Program-made: the position numbers and the translations under genes
DNA from: Enhydrobacter aerosaccus
GTDB lineage: Bacteria; Pseudomonadota; Alphaproteobacteria; Reyranellales; Reyranellaceae
Assembly: GCA_903915535.1 (NCBI GenBank)
Contig: CAIWTJ010000204.1
Location: 37,863-101,862, forward strand
Direction of reading: 5' to 3'
Length of the DNA: 64,000 nt
Shown here: positions 45,708 to 54,812 of the stretch, one piece after another
Numbering within the stretch: position 1 is the first letter of the stretch
Layout of the letters: each line of letters starts with the position of its first letter
The notes under the pieces: generated by a model
What the model was told of the DNA's origin: nothing
The model's database searches: none
What the model saw: only the letters and a program-made list of their open reading frames with translations

Positions 45708-46020
45708 CTCCTGCCGGCTGCCGCAGCATCCAGGCGGCGAACGACAGGTCGGCGGCCTCTGGCTTGCCGTCCATACGGACCTTGCAGGGATAGGCAGCGC
45801 CCGCATCGACGGCGATCACTTCCGCCGGCACCCACTGGCCTTCATACGACGCCGTGACCCGATCGCCCACGCTGCAGGCGGTGAGGCCCTTCGCGCGCAG
45901 CGGATCTTCTTTCTCCTTCCACGCTTCCTTGGGATCGCCGGCGACGGGCGGATGTTGCGTCTGCGCGAGCGATGGCAAGGCCCCCAAGAAGACCAGGGCA
46001 AAAGCGATCGCTCTTCTCAC
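45697..46020 (-). CDS. small secreted protein, paralog A (SH3/Tudor-like barrel suspected)
   Basis: 107 aa from a GTG that overlaps the paralog B stop (GTGA). Signal peptide VRRAIAFALVFLGALPSLAQ. Core: AKGLTACSVGDRVTASYEGQWVPAEVIAV...PCKV. Confidence 0.55.
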   Translation of the reverse strand: MRRAIAFALVFLGALPSLAQTQHPPVAGDPKEAWKEKEDPLRAKGLTACSVGDRVTASYEGQWVPAEVIAVDAGAAYPCKVRMDGKPEAADLSFAAWMLRQPAGAKP

Positions 46021-46391
46021 GGCCGTGCGTCTTCCGCCCGCAGTCTCCAGGGCGGGACCGAGACATCGCCCGAGGGCGGCCGGCCGATGAAATGCACCCG
46101 GCACGGAGTGACCACTGTCTGATCCTCGGACACCTCGATCACCTGGGCGGAAATCCAGCGATTCTCGTACTCGGCGAGCACCCGGTCGCCGACCTTGCAG
46201 GCCTTCAGTCCCTTGGCCTTCATCTGCTCTTCGGTTTCGCGCGAGGCATCGCCGGGACTGGACGACACCGGTGGCGGGCCTATGCCCAGCAAGCCCGGGG
46301 CCTGCATCGGCGCCAGGCTCTGTGCCGCGGCCGACGTCGCGCAGAGCACGGCGACAACAGGGACGATCGCCCGCAGCATCAGCCAAGCCAC
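46017..46391 (-). CDS. small secreted protein, paralog B
   Basis: 124 aa (alternative ATG at 46379). Signal peptide ...VAVLCATSAAAQS. The core AKGLKACKVGDRVLAEYENRWISAQVIEV...PCRV is clearly homologous to paralog A. Confidence 0.55.
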   Translation of the reverse strand: MAWLMLRAIVPVVAVLCATSAAAQSLAPMQAPGLLGIGPPPVSSSPGDASRETEEQMKAKGLKACKVGDRVLAEYENRWISAQVIEVSEDQTVVTPCRVHFIGRPPSGDVSVPPWRLRAEDARP

Positions 46392-47236
46392 TCCTTGGTC
46401 GCTTTGGTGTAGTCGGCTTCGCGGGTCACCCGCTTCATCATCTCGGCGTCGGCCACGCCCTTGAGCTTGCCGGGCTGCACGCCGTCGCGCAACGCCTGCA
46501 ACGTGTCGTGCACCGCCTTCACGGCGGCGGCGAAGGGCTGATGGCCCTGCAACGCGATGCGCACGCGCCTCGCGGAGAGGTAATCGAGATCGGTGAGGTC
46601 GCCCGACACGCCGCCCATGATGATCGGCAGCGTGGTCGCGGCCGAGATCGCGTCGAGTTCGGCGCGGGTCTTGATGCCGACGAAGAACAGCGCGTCGACA
46701 CCCACGGCCTCATAGGCCTTGCCACGCGCGATGGCGTCGTCGAGGCCTGTGATCTGGATGGCGCTGGTGCGGCCGGCGATGGACAGCAACGGGTCCTGGC
46801 GTCCGGCGAGCGCCGCCTTCATCTTGCCGACGCCTTCGGCGATCGAAACAAGACGTGGCTTGGTCGTGCCGAACGGATTCGGAAGGTCGGTGTCCTCGAT
46901 GCTCATGCCGGCGATGCCCGCGGTCTCGAGCTCCTCGACCGTGCGCTTCACCGAGAGGGCGTTGCCGTAGCCGTGATCGGCATCGACCATCAGCGGCAGG
47001 TTGCCGGCGCGGTTGATGCGATAGGCCTGGTCCGCGAATTCGCTCAACGTGAGCACGATCAGGTCGGGCGCGCCCAGCACGGCCATCGAGGCAACGGAGC
47101 CAGCGAACATGCCGAGCTCGAAGCCGATGTCCTCGGCGATGCGCGCGGAGATCGCGTCGTACACCGACCCCGGATGGACGCAACGGCTGCCATTGAGAAC
47201 GGCGCGAAAGCGTTGACGACGGTCGGTCCAGTTCAT
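46379..47236 (-). CDS. PEP mutase / isocitrate lyase superfamily enzyme, oxaloacetate decarboxylase-like
   Basis: Internal start MNWTDRRQRFRAVLNGSRCVHPGSVYD... The sequence continues ...MVDADHGYGNAL...GIAGMSIEDT and is colinear, from memory, with Pseudomonas PA4872-type oxaloacetate decarboxylase. 285 aa. Confidence 0.75.
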   Translation of the reverse strand: MNWTDRRQRFRAVLNGSRCVHPGSVYDAISARIAEDIGFELGMFAGSVASMAVLGAPDLIVLTLSEFADQAYRINRAGNLPLMVDADHGYGNALSVKRTVEELETAGIAGMSIEDTDLPNPFGTTKPRLVSIAEGVGKMKAALAGRQDPLLSIAGRTSAIQITGLDDAIARGKAYEAVGVDALFFVGIKTRAELDAISAATTLPIIMGGVSGDLTDLDYLSARRVRIALQGHQPFAAAVKAVHDTLQALRDGVQPGKLKGVADAEMMKRVTREADYTKATKEWLG

Positions 47237-47396
47237 GAAGCGAAACCCCCAATGATCGACACTATAGCTGCATTTCGAGGGGCAAACCGGCCACTCTTCC
47301 GCAGGCCCCGGCGAAGGCGTAGCGTTCTTAGCATCGGCGAGGCGGAGGCGCGACGCCCGGCGAACAAAAGAACAGGCGCCACGGGAGAGAAACGCC

Positions 47397-48770
47397 ATGT
47401 TCGAGCTGCTCGATCGACAAACACGCTTGACCGGAAACCAGCGAAAAATTCTCGCCGCCGCTATTATCGGCGACGCTCTCGAATTCTTCGACTTCTTCCT
47501 GATCGCCTTCGTGCTGCCGTTCCTGATCGGGCCGTGGAAACTCAACTTCGGACAGTCGGCCACGGTGCTGATGAGTTCCGGCATCGGCGCGATCCTCGGC
47601 GCCTACATCTGGGGCTGGCTCGCCGACAAGTTCGGGCGGCGCAAGGTCTTCATCGGCACGGTGCTGAACTTCTCCTTCGCGACCGGCCTGCTTTACTTCA
47701 CGCCGGACAACGGCTGGATCTACCTCACGATCATGCGCTTCTTCGTGGGCTTCGGCGTCGGCGGCCTCTATTGCGTCGACCTGCCGCTGGTCCAGGAATT
47801 CATGCCGACCAGCAAGCGCGGCTACATCGGAGGGCTGGTGACCTGCGTGATCCCGCTCGGCACCGGCCTTGGCGCGGTGCTCGCGGCCTTCATCCCTGCC
47901 GACCAGTGGCGCCTGCTGTTCGCGATCGGCGTGCTGCCGGCGCTGCTGGTGCTGCTGGTCCGCATCTGGGTGCCGGAGTCGCCGCGGTGGCTGGCTCGCC
48001 AGGGACGCGGCGAGGAAGCTCGCAGTGCGCTGGCCTGGGCGCTCGAGGTCGATCCCAAGTCGCTGCCAATGCCGGGTCCGGTGGAGGCGACGGTACAAGG
48101 CGGCTGGGTCGACCTGTTCAAGTACCCGCGCAGCCTGCTGGTGTCGTGGCTCGGCAATGCCGGCGCGCAGACCGGCGTCTACGGCCTTACCCTGTGGGCA
48201 CCGACGCTGTTCGTGTTGTTGCTAAAGGTCAGCCCGCAGGAAGCCGCGAAGATGATGATCCTCTGCACGGTTTCGGGATTCATCGGCCGCCTCTCCTTCT
48301 CGTGGTTCTCGGAGCGGATCGGGCGGCGAAACGCGGGCGGGCTGCTCGGCCTCGGCGCCGGTGTGCTGACGATCGTCGCCGGCCAGAACTACGACGTGAT
48401 GTGGATGGGCGTCTCGGCGTTCTGGATCCTGCTCGCGATCACCTACTTCTTCGCCGACGGCGGTTTCGCCATCGTCGGACCCTACGCCGCCGAGATCTGG
48501 CCCTCGCACCTCAAAACCTCGGGCATGGGCTCGGCCTACGGCTTCGGCGGCATCGGCAAGATCATCGGTCCGGTGGGCCTCGCCCTGATCGTGGGCTCCA
48601 GCAACTACGTGAAACCCGACGTTCCGCTACCGCAGATGCCGACGGCTTTTCTCTATCTCGGCTGCTGGTTCCTGATGGCCGGGGCGGTCTATTATTTCTT
48701 CGGGCTGGAAACCAAGGGCAAGTCGCTCGAACAGATCGACCGCGAATTGGCCGCCGGCGCCGCGGACTAA
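47397..48770 (+). CDS. MFS transporter (sugar-porter / aromatic acid symporter-like)
   Basis: 457 aa. GWLADKFGRRKV and PESPRWL motifs. Confidence 0.88.
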   Translation: MFELLDRQTRLTGNQRKILAAAIIGDALEFFDFFLIAFVLPFLIGPWKLNFGQSATVLMSSGIGAILGAYIWGWLADKFGRRKVFIGTVLNFSFATGLLYFTPDNGWIYLTIMRFFVGFGVGGLYCVDLPLVQEFMPTSKRGYIGGLVTCVIPLGTGLGAVLAAFIPADQWRLLFAIGVLPALLVLLVRIWVPESPRWLARQGRGEEARSALAWALEVDPKSLPMPGPVEATVQGGWVDLFKYPRSLLVSWLGNAGAQTGVYGLTLWAPTLFVLLLKVSPQEAAKMMILCTVSGFIGRLSFSWFSERIGRRNAGGLLGLGAGVLTIVAGQNYDVMWMGVSAFWILLAITYFFADGGFAIVGPYAAEIWPSHLKTSGMGSAYGFGGIGKIIGPVGLALIVGSSNYVKPDVPLPQMPTAFLYLGCWFLMAGAVYYFFGLETKGKSLEQIDRELAAGAAD

Positions 48771-48785
48771 CATAGGACCTGGAGA

Positions 48786-50000
48786 ATGGCCTTGGACACG
48801 TCGATCCCGTCTACCGCCGATCTTGCCGGCGACCCCAGCGTGATCTCGCGGGCCCAGGCGCTCCGGCCCATGGTCGCCGCGGCGGCCGACGAAACCGAGG
48901 AGCGGCGCCGCCTCGCGCCGGCGCTGCTCGACAAGCTGCACGAGGCGAAGATGTTTCGCCTCCTGATGCCCAAGACCGCGGGCGGGATCGAGACCGATCC
49001 CATCACCTTCTTCCACGTGATCGAGACCATCTCGAGCGGCGATGCCTCGACGGCCTGGTGCCTCAGCCAGGCCGGTGGCTGCTCGATGTCGGCCGCCTAT
49101 CTCGACCTGCCGGTGGCGAAGGAAATCTTCGGTGGCCCCCGCGATGTGCTGGCCTGGGGCCCCGGCCCCAAGGTCAAGGCGATCGAATGTGAAGTGGATG
49201 GTGTCAGCGGCTATAAGGTCACCGGCGTCTGGGCCTTCGCCTCGGGCGGACGGCACGCGACGTGGCTGGGCGCCCACTGCCCGATCTACAAGGCCGACGG
49301 CTCGCCCAGACTTGGCGACAACGGCAAGCAGCTCGAGCGCACCATGCTGGTCCGCTCGACCGACGTCGAATGGACCGACATCTGGCACACGGTCGGGCTG
49401 CGCGCGACGGCCAGCGACCAGTTCGCGCTGAACGATTTCTTCGTGCCGGCCGATCATTCGATCACCCGCGATTTCGACAAGGAATGCCGCGAAAGCGGCC
49501 CGCTCTACCGCATGGGCGCCGGCACCTGCTACCAGGTGGGCTTCTCGGGCGTGGCCTGCGGCATCGCCAAGGCCGCGCTCGACGATTTCATCGACATGGC
49601 GCGCAACAAGGTGCCGCGCGGGGCGAAGTTTCCTCTGCGCGACAATGCCGTGGTGCAGTCCAACATCGCGCAGGCCGTGATCAACCTGCGGGCGGCTCGG
49701 GCCTACCTGCTGCAGTCGATGGCCGCGATCTGGAAGGACCTGCAGGCCGGCAACACCATCTCTGTCGAACAGCGCATTATCATTCGCGGCGCGGCGACAA
49801 ACGCGATCCACAAGGCGCGCGAGGCGGTCGACACCGTCTACAACGCCGCTGGCGCCACCGCGATCTTCGAAAACCAGCCGCTCGAGCGGCGCTTCCGCGA
49901 CATCCACACCGTCACGCAGCAGCTGCAGGGACGGCTCAGCCATTTCGAAACCGTCGGCGCCTTCATGCTGGGCGCCGAAGCCGACCTCACCTTCGTCTAG
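48786..50000 (+). CDS. acyl-CoA dehydrogenase-fold protein, probably a two-component flavin monooxygenase (HsaA/DszC-like)
   Basis: 404 aa. ACAD N, M and C regions, with no obvious catalytic-Glu context for CoA substrates. A VOC protein follows. Confidence 0.7.
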   Translation: MALDTSIPSTADLAGDPSVISRAQALRPMVAAAADETEERRRLAPALLDKLHEAKMFRLLMPKTAGGIETDPITFFHVIETISSGDASTAWCLSQAGGCSMSAAYLDLPVAKEIFGGPRDVLAWGPGPKVKAIECEVDGVSGYKVTGVWAFASGGRHATWLGAHCPIYKADGSPRLGDNGKQLERTMLVRSTDVEWTDIWHTVGLRATASDQFALNDFFVPADHSITRDFDKECRESGPLYRMGAGTCYQVGFSGVACGIAKAALDDFIDMARNKVPRGAKFPLRDNAVVQSNIAQAVINLRAARAYLLQSMAAIWKDLQAGNTISVEQRIIIRGAATNAIHKAREAVDTVYNAAGATAIFENQPLERRFRDIHTVTQQLQGRLSHFETVGAFMLGAEADLTFV

Positions 50001-50011
50001 GAGTATCGAAC

Positions 50012-50452
50012 ATGCCGCTCGGCATTCTGCAGCACTACACGATCGAACCGTCCAACCTCGAGGCGACCAAGGAGTTCTATTGCGACGTTCTGGGCCTCGA
50101 GAACGGCGACCGCCCGCCGCTCGGCTTCCCGGGTTACTGGCTCTACTCCGGCGGCGTGCCGACCGTGCATCTGCTGGGCGAGCGCAAGCCGCGCGAGGGC
50201 ATCGTGGTGCGCGGCACCGAGAAGAAGTTCGACAACACCGGCCGCTTCGACCACATCGCCTTTTCCGCCAGCGACCTGCCGGGCGTGCGCAAGCGCCTCG
50301 AGAGCAAGGCCGTGAAATATCGCGAGCAGGTGCTGCCGCGCACCGGCGGCACGCAGATCTTTCTCTACGATCCCGATGGCGTGGGCGTGGAACTCAACTT
50401 CGACCCGAGCGAGACCCCGGCCGACAAGCGCGCCGAAGCCGCCAAGAAGTAG
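50012..50452 (+). CDS. VOC (glyoxalase / extradiol dioxygenase) family protein
   Basis: Last 146 aa of ORF 49262..50452. LQHYTIEPSNLEATKEFYCDVLGL ... FDHIAF ... FLYDPDGVGVELNF. Confidence 0.8.
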   Translation: MPLGILQHYTIEPSNLEATKEFYCDVLGLENGDRPPLGFPGYWLYSGGVPTVHLLGERKPREGIVVRGTEKKFDNTGRFDHIAFSASDLPGVRKRLESKAVKYREQVLPRTGGTQIFLYDPDGVGVELNFDPSETPADKRAEAAKK

Positions 50453-50455
50453 CCC

Positions 50456-52264
50456 GTGATCACCTCGATCGAGATCAAGGCCGTCGAGCCCCTGGCGGAC
50501 GGGACGCCGTTCGGCGCGGCCGGCGCCTATGAGCGTGTCATCGGCGTCGCCAGGGGAGAGGTCGATCCCAAGGCGCCGCAGAACAAGGGCATCGCCCTGA
50601 TCGACAAGGCGCCGCTGAACGCCGCCGGCAAGGTCGAGTACGCGACCGACTTTTTCATCCTGCGGCCCAAGGATCCGGCCAAGGGCAACGGCCGCATCCT
50701 CTACGAGGTGAACAATCGCGGCCGCAAGATGCTGATAGGCAATCTCTGCGACGGCCCGCAGGGCATGAACGACCCCAAGACCGTGGCCGATTTGGGCAAC
50801 GGCTTCCCGCTGCGCCAGGGTTGGACGATCGTATGGTCCGGCTGGGACCCCGACGCCCCGCGTGCCAACATGGGCCTCGGCCTCACCGCGCCGGTCGCGA
50901 CGGACAATGGCAAGCCGATCGTGCAGACCGTGCGGGACGAGTTCGTGTCGGGCACACGCGGTGGCGCGCTCGAAGCCTTCAAGCTTTCCTACGAGCTGGC
51001 AACGCCGGAGGGTGCCAAGCTCTCGATCCGCGAGCGCCAGGCCGATACGCCGCAGGAGGTCGCCTGGACGGCAATCGATGCCAAGTCGATCAAGCTCACC
51101 GACGGCAAGCCCAAGCCCGGCTACCTCTACGAGTTCACCTACCGGGGCACCAAGCCCAAGGTGCAGGGACTGGGCTTCGCGGCAACCCGCGACTTCGTGA
51201 GCTTCCTGCGCCACGACCCTGAGGGCCGCAAGGCAACGGGCGGCGCGATCACCCATGCGCTCGCCATCGGTTTCAGCCAGGCGGGACGCTATCTCCGCCA
51301 TCACATCTCCGAAGGCTTCAATCGCGACGAGCAGGGCCGTCCGGTGTTCGACGGCATCCACAGCCACATCGCGGGCGTCGGCCGCCTCTTCTTCAACGTT
51401 CCCTTCTCCCAGCCCGCGCGCACCAGCACGCAGCACGAGGACCACACGGCGCCGGAAGCCTGGTTCCCGTTCAGCACCGCGACGCTGGAGGATCCTCTCA
51501 CCAAGCAGAAGGGCTCGTTGTTCCGCGGCGATGGTTGCGACCCCAAGCTGATCGAGACCAACACCTCGACCGAGTACTGGCAGAAGGGCGCGTCGCTGCT
51601 CACCACCGATCCGCTCGGCGGCAAGGACGTCGAGCTGCCGCCCAACACGCGGGCCTACATGATCGCAGGCACCCAGCACGGCGGCCGCGCTGGCGCCACG
51701 ACGGACGCCGGCCCCAACGTCAATCCACGCAACCCGCACAATCCGATGCCGGCCGTGCGCGCGCTGCTGGTCGCACTCGACGACTGGGTGGTGAAAGGCG
51801 TCGAGCCGCCGGCCAGCCGTACGCCCACGCTCAAGGACGGCACCCTGGTCGAGCCCGACAAGATCGGATTTCCCGCGATTGCGGGCGCGGCGGTGGCGAA
51901 GGCCACGAACCGCATCGCACCACCGGCCGGCGACACGGCCTATCGCACCCTGGTGAGCAAGGTCGACTCGGACGGCAACGAGGTCGCGGGCATTCGCCTG
52001 CCCGACATCGCCGTGCCGCTGGCGGCCTACACGGGCTGGAACGAATACAAGCCACCGTATCCCAGAGGCGAGCTCGCGGACCGCGACGGCAGCTACTTCG
52101 CCTTTGCGCCCGAGAAGATCGCGGCACGCTATGGCAACCGCGCCGGCTATGTCGCCAAGGTCAAGGCCACCATCGAGCAACTGAAGAAGGACCGGCTCCT
52201 CCTGCAGGAAGATGCCGACCGCTACATCGAGCGCGCGCAGAAGGAAGAACGCGTCGCGCCGTAA
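50456..52264 (+). CDS. conserved hypothetical protein, possibly alpha/beta-hydrolase-domain (GFSQAG elbow-like)
   Basis: 602 aa from a GTG 4 nt after the VOC stop, with consistent coding bias. Function is uncertain. The alpha/beta-hydrolase idea rests on IGFSQAGRY and on recollection of similar uncharacterised proteins. Confidence 0.55.
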   Translation: MITSIEIKAVEPLADGTPFGAAGAYERVIGVARGEVDPKAPQNKGIALIDKAPLNAAGKVEYATDFFILRPKDPAKGNGRILYEVNNRGRKMLIGNLCDGPQGMNDPKTVADLGNGFPLRQGWTIVWSGWDPDAPRANMGLGLTAPVATDNGKPIVQTVRDEFVSGTRGGALEAFKLSYELATPEGAKLSIRERQADTPQEVAWTAIDAKSIKLTDGKPKPGYLYEFTYRGTKPKVQGLGFAATRDFVSFLRHDPEGRKATGGAITHALAIGFSQAGRYLRHHISEGFNRDEQGRPVFDGIHSHIAGVGRLFFNVPFSQPARTSTQHEDHTAPEAWFPFSTATLEDPLTKQKGSLFRGDGCDPKLIETNTSTEYWQKGASLLTTDPLGGKDVELPPNTRAYMIAGTQHGGRAGATTDAGPNVNPRNPHNPMPAVRALLVALDDWVVKGVEPPASRTPTLKDGTLVEPDKIGFPAIAGAAVAKATNRIAPPAGDTAYRTLVSKVDSDGNEVAGIRLPDIAVPLAAYTGWNEYKPPYPRGELADRDGSYFAFAPEKIAARYGNRAGYVAKVKATIEQLKKDRLLLQEDADRYIERAQKEERVAP

Positions 52265-52282
52265 TCAGAGGGAGTAACGACA

Positions 52283-53347
52283 ATGGGTAAGCGAATTGCA
52301 GTCGTCGGCGTCGGCGCACTGGGCGGCTATGTCGGCGGCTGGCTGGCGCACACCGGCGAGGACGTGACCCTGATCGACTTCTGGCCGGAGAACATCGAGA
52401 CCATCCGCAGCCGGGGCCTGATGCTCGATGGCGTGACGCCGGAAGAGAAGATCACGGTCAAGAATGCCAAGACCATGCATCTCACCGAGATGGAGGCGCT
52501 CAGCCGCCAGAAGCCGATCGACATCGCCTTCGTGTCGATGAAGTCCTACGACACCGAATGGGCGACGCAGCTGATCAAGCAGTACCTGGCGCCGGACGGC
52601 TACATCGTCTCGCTGCAGAACTGCCTGAACGAGGAGCGCATCGCGGGCGTCGTCGGCTGGGGCAAGACCGTGGGCATGGTGGCCTCGCTGATCTCGGTCG
52701 ACATGTACGAGCCCGCCACCATCCGCCGCACTGTCGCCAAGGGAGGCGACAAGCATACCGTGTTCCGCGTCGGCGAGGTCCATGGCCGCATTACCAAGCG
52801 CGTCGAGGAACTGCGCGAGATGGTAGGCCGCATCGACTCCGCCAAGACCACGACCAACCTCTGGGGCGAGCGCTGGTCCAAACTCTGCCAGAACGGCATG
52901 AAGAACGGCGTCTCCGCGGCGACCGGCATGACGGGCTTCGACTGCGACCGCAACGACGCCGTCCGCCGCTTTTCGATCAAGCTGGGCGGCGAGGCCGTGC
53001 GCGTCGGCCAGGCGCTGGGCTATCACATCGAGAAGATCGGCAAGATGGAGCCCGAGACTCTCGCGAGGGCGAGCGAAGGCGACGCGAAGGCGCTCGACGA
53101 GATCGAGACGATCCTGCGGCCGGGCTCGAACACCAACCCCAACCCGCGCGCCGACATTCAGCGCCCGTCGATGGCCCAGGACATCCGCAAGGGCCGCCGC
53201 ACCGAGATCGAGTTCATGAACGGCTACATCGCCGACCGCGGCACCTTTATCGGCGTGCCCGCGCCGACGCACACCAGACTCACGGAGATCGTGAAGAAGG
53301 TCGAGCGCAAGGAACTGACGGCGGCACCGGCACTCCTCGGTGGCTAG
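52283..53347 (+). CDS. 2-dehydropantoate 2-reductase family (ApbA/PanE) oxidoreductase
   Basis: 354 aa. IAVVGVGALGGYVGGWLA Rossmann motif and a C-terminal ...RRTEIEFMNGYI motif. Confidence 0.85.
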   Translation: MGKRIAVVGVGALGGYVGGWLAHTGEDVTLIDFWPENIETIRSRGLMLDGVTPEEKITVKNAKTMHLTEMEALSRQKPIDIAFVSMKSYDTEWATQLIKQYLAPDGYIVSLQNCLNEERIAGVVGWGKTVGMVASLISVDMYEPATIRRTVAKGGDKHTVFRVGEVHGRITKRVEELREMVGRIDSAKTTTNLWGERWSKLCQNGMKNGVSAATGMTGFDCDRNDAVRRFSIKLGGEAVRVGQALGYHIEKIGKMEPETLARASEGDAKALDEIETILRPGSNTNPNPRADIQRPSMAQDIRKGRRTEIEFMNGYIADRGTFIGVPAPTHTRLTEIVKKVERKELTAAPALLGG

Positions 53348-54519
53348 ACCCCGGACTCCTGTTCGTACAGATAGCCGACCGGCTTGCCGTCGGTGCGCTG
53401 GGGACGTAGCTCGCGGCGCGTGATGATCTGGCCCGCGAGACCGTCGATGTCGGCGCGCTGGGCCGGCGTCCACTTGCGCAGGCTCTCGATTCCCTTGAGG
53501 AGGCCCAGCCGCAGGATCTGCGTGTTCTCGGCCATTCCGACCAGGGTGATCGCTCCCTTGCCCGCCGTGACCGTATCGCCGGTGCCGAGTTCCAGGACCT
53601 TTCCCGCGCCGTCCCTGAATTCCGCCGTCCCGCGAATGACGCGATGGACGACACTCTCGCCCTTGGCGAGGTCGGACGCGCTCGCGGGCGCCGTCGTGCT
53701 CTTGGGCAAAAGGGACTGGCCCCGCGGATCGGTCGCGATGATGTGGCCGGTCACGAGATGCCCGCTCGGCGCCTCGATGCCGAGATCGCGCACATGGACG
53801 GGCATGGCCGATTTCACCTCGCCCGCCAGCGGGCGGTAGGCGGCGTCGAGCGCCAGCGGGTCCTGACACCAGAACCCCGCACCGGGCGGACGGTCGTGCA
53901 GGGGATGACTCCAGGCAACCCGAGGCGTCTCGTCTTCGACGATGCGATCGGACGCCACCACCGTCGGATTGGGGAAGTCCGCCGGCTCGGTGATGAAGCC
54001 TTCGAGGAACTTGCCGGAATAGCCCAGCGATATCGGATCGGGGACCGCGGTCTGCGGCGTCTTCAGATTCATTTCCATGGGCAGGCCCGACCACGTGTAG
54101 AAAAGCTGGCGATGCACGATCGCACTCTGCAGCATCACCGTGCCGGGACCGACGTGATGGATGCGTCCGTCATAGTCGAAGCTGAAGACTCCCGACGTCA
54201 CCAGCACGAACTGGAAGCCGCCGGGCGGAAGGTGCAGGTGGAAATCGGTCGGTCCGGTATCCGGGCGATAGATCGGCAGGCTGGTCGCGACTTCCTGGAG
54301 CAGGAAGGCGCCATTGTTGGCCCGCAGGCCTTCCGCTGCCACGTTGTAGAGCGCCTGCGGACGAAAGATCGCCTCGTACTTGGCGTTCCGGTCGCGGTCG
54401 ATGGCCACGACAACCTGCCGGTTAAGGCGGAGCCGCTGCCCGTCAGGGCGTAGGAGTCCGGGCCACTTGAAGCCGGCCGCCTGCTGGTTCGACAGGGTCG
54501 CCGTATTGAGTGTCGCCAT
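53344..54519 (-). CDS. hypothetical protein (possible multi-cupin beta-barrel)
   Basis: Internal start MATLNTATLSN after a GGAGGG RBS. 391 aa, no recognised signature. Repeated beta-rich segments with G-x-V/H patterns hint at cupin folds. Confidence 0.55.
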   Translation of the reverse strand: MATLNTATLSNQQAAGFKWPGLLRPDGQRLRLNRQVVVAIDRDRNAKYEAIFRPQALYNVAAEGLRANNGAFLLQEVATSLPIYRPDTGPTDFHLHLPPGGFQFVLVTSGVFSFDYDGRIHHVGPGTVMLQSAIVHRQLFYTWSGLPMEMNLKTPQTAVPDPISLGYSGKFLEGFITEPADFPNPTVVASDRIVEDETPRVAWSHPLHDRPPGAGFWCQDPLALDAAYRPLAGEVKSAMPVHVRDLGIEAPSGHLVTGHIIATDPRGQSLLPKSTTAPASASDLAKGESVVHRVIRGTAEFRDGAGKVLELGTGDTVTAGKGAITLVGMAENTQILRLGLLKGIESLRKWTPAQRADIDGLAGQIITRRELRPQRTDGKPVGYLYEQESGV

Positions 54520-54539
54520 CGCTGCAAACCCTCCATTTC

Positions 54540-54565
54540 GCAATGCAGCATTTATTGTGCATTGC
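54540..54565. promoter_or_regulatory. inverted repeat GCAATGCA-N10-TGCATTGC (candidate operator)
   Basis: Perfect 8-bp arms, 21 to 46 nt upstream of the 53344..54519 gene, inside the 293-bp divergent, lower-GC intergenic region. Confidence 0.3.
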
Positions 54566-54812
54566 AGCGAAGACGTTCGCAAGGAGGAATGGCCGCATTT
54601 TGTTTGGCCTTCGGTCGGCGCGCTCAGGCCACCATTTTCAAGCCCTGCCTGGCATCCAGCTTCGTCTCCGCGCTCGCTCCATCGCGACGGGACGGGAGGG
54701 ATTGCAAGGGCAACGCCCGTTGGAGGGCCGAAACATAGGATACACGTAGCCCGGCTCCACTCACCGGCGCCAAAGCCTACACTCGGCGGAGGACATACCA
54801 GCGCCATCGTCT

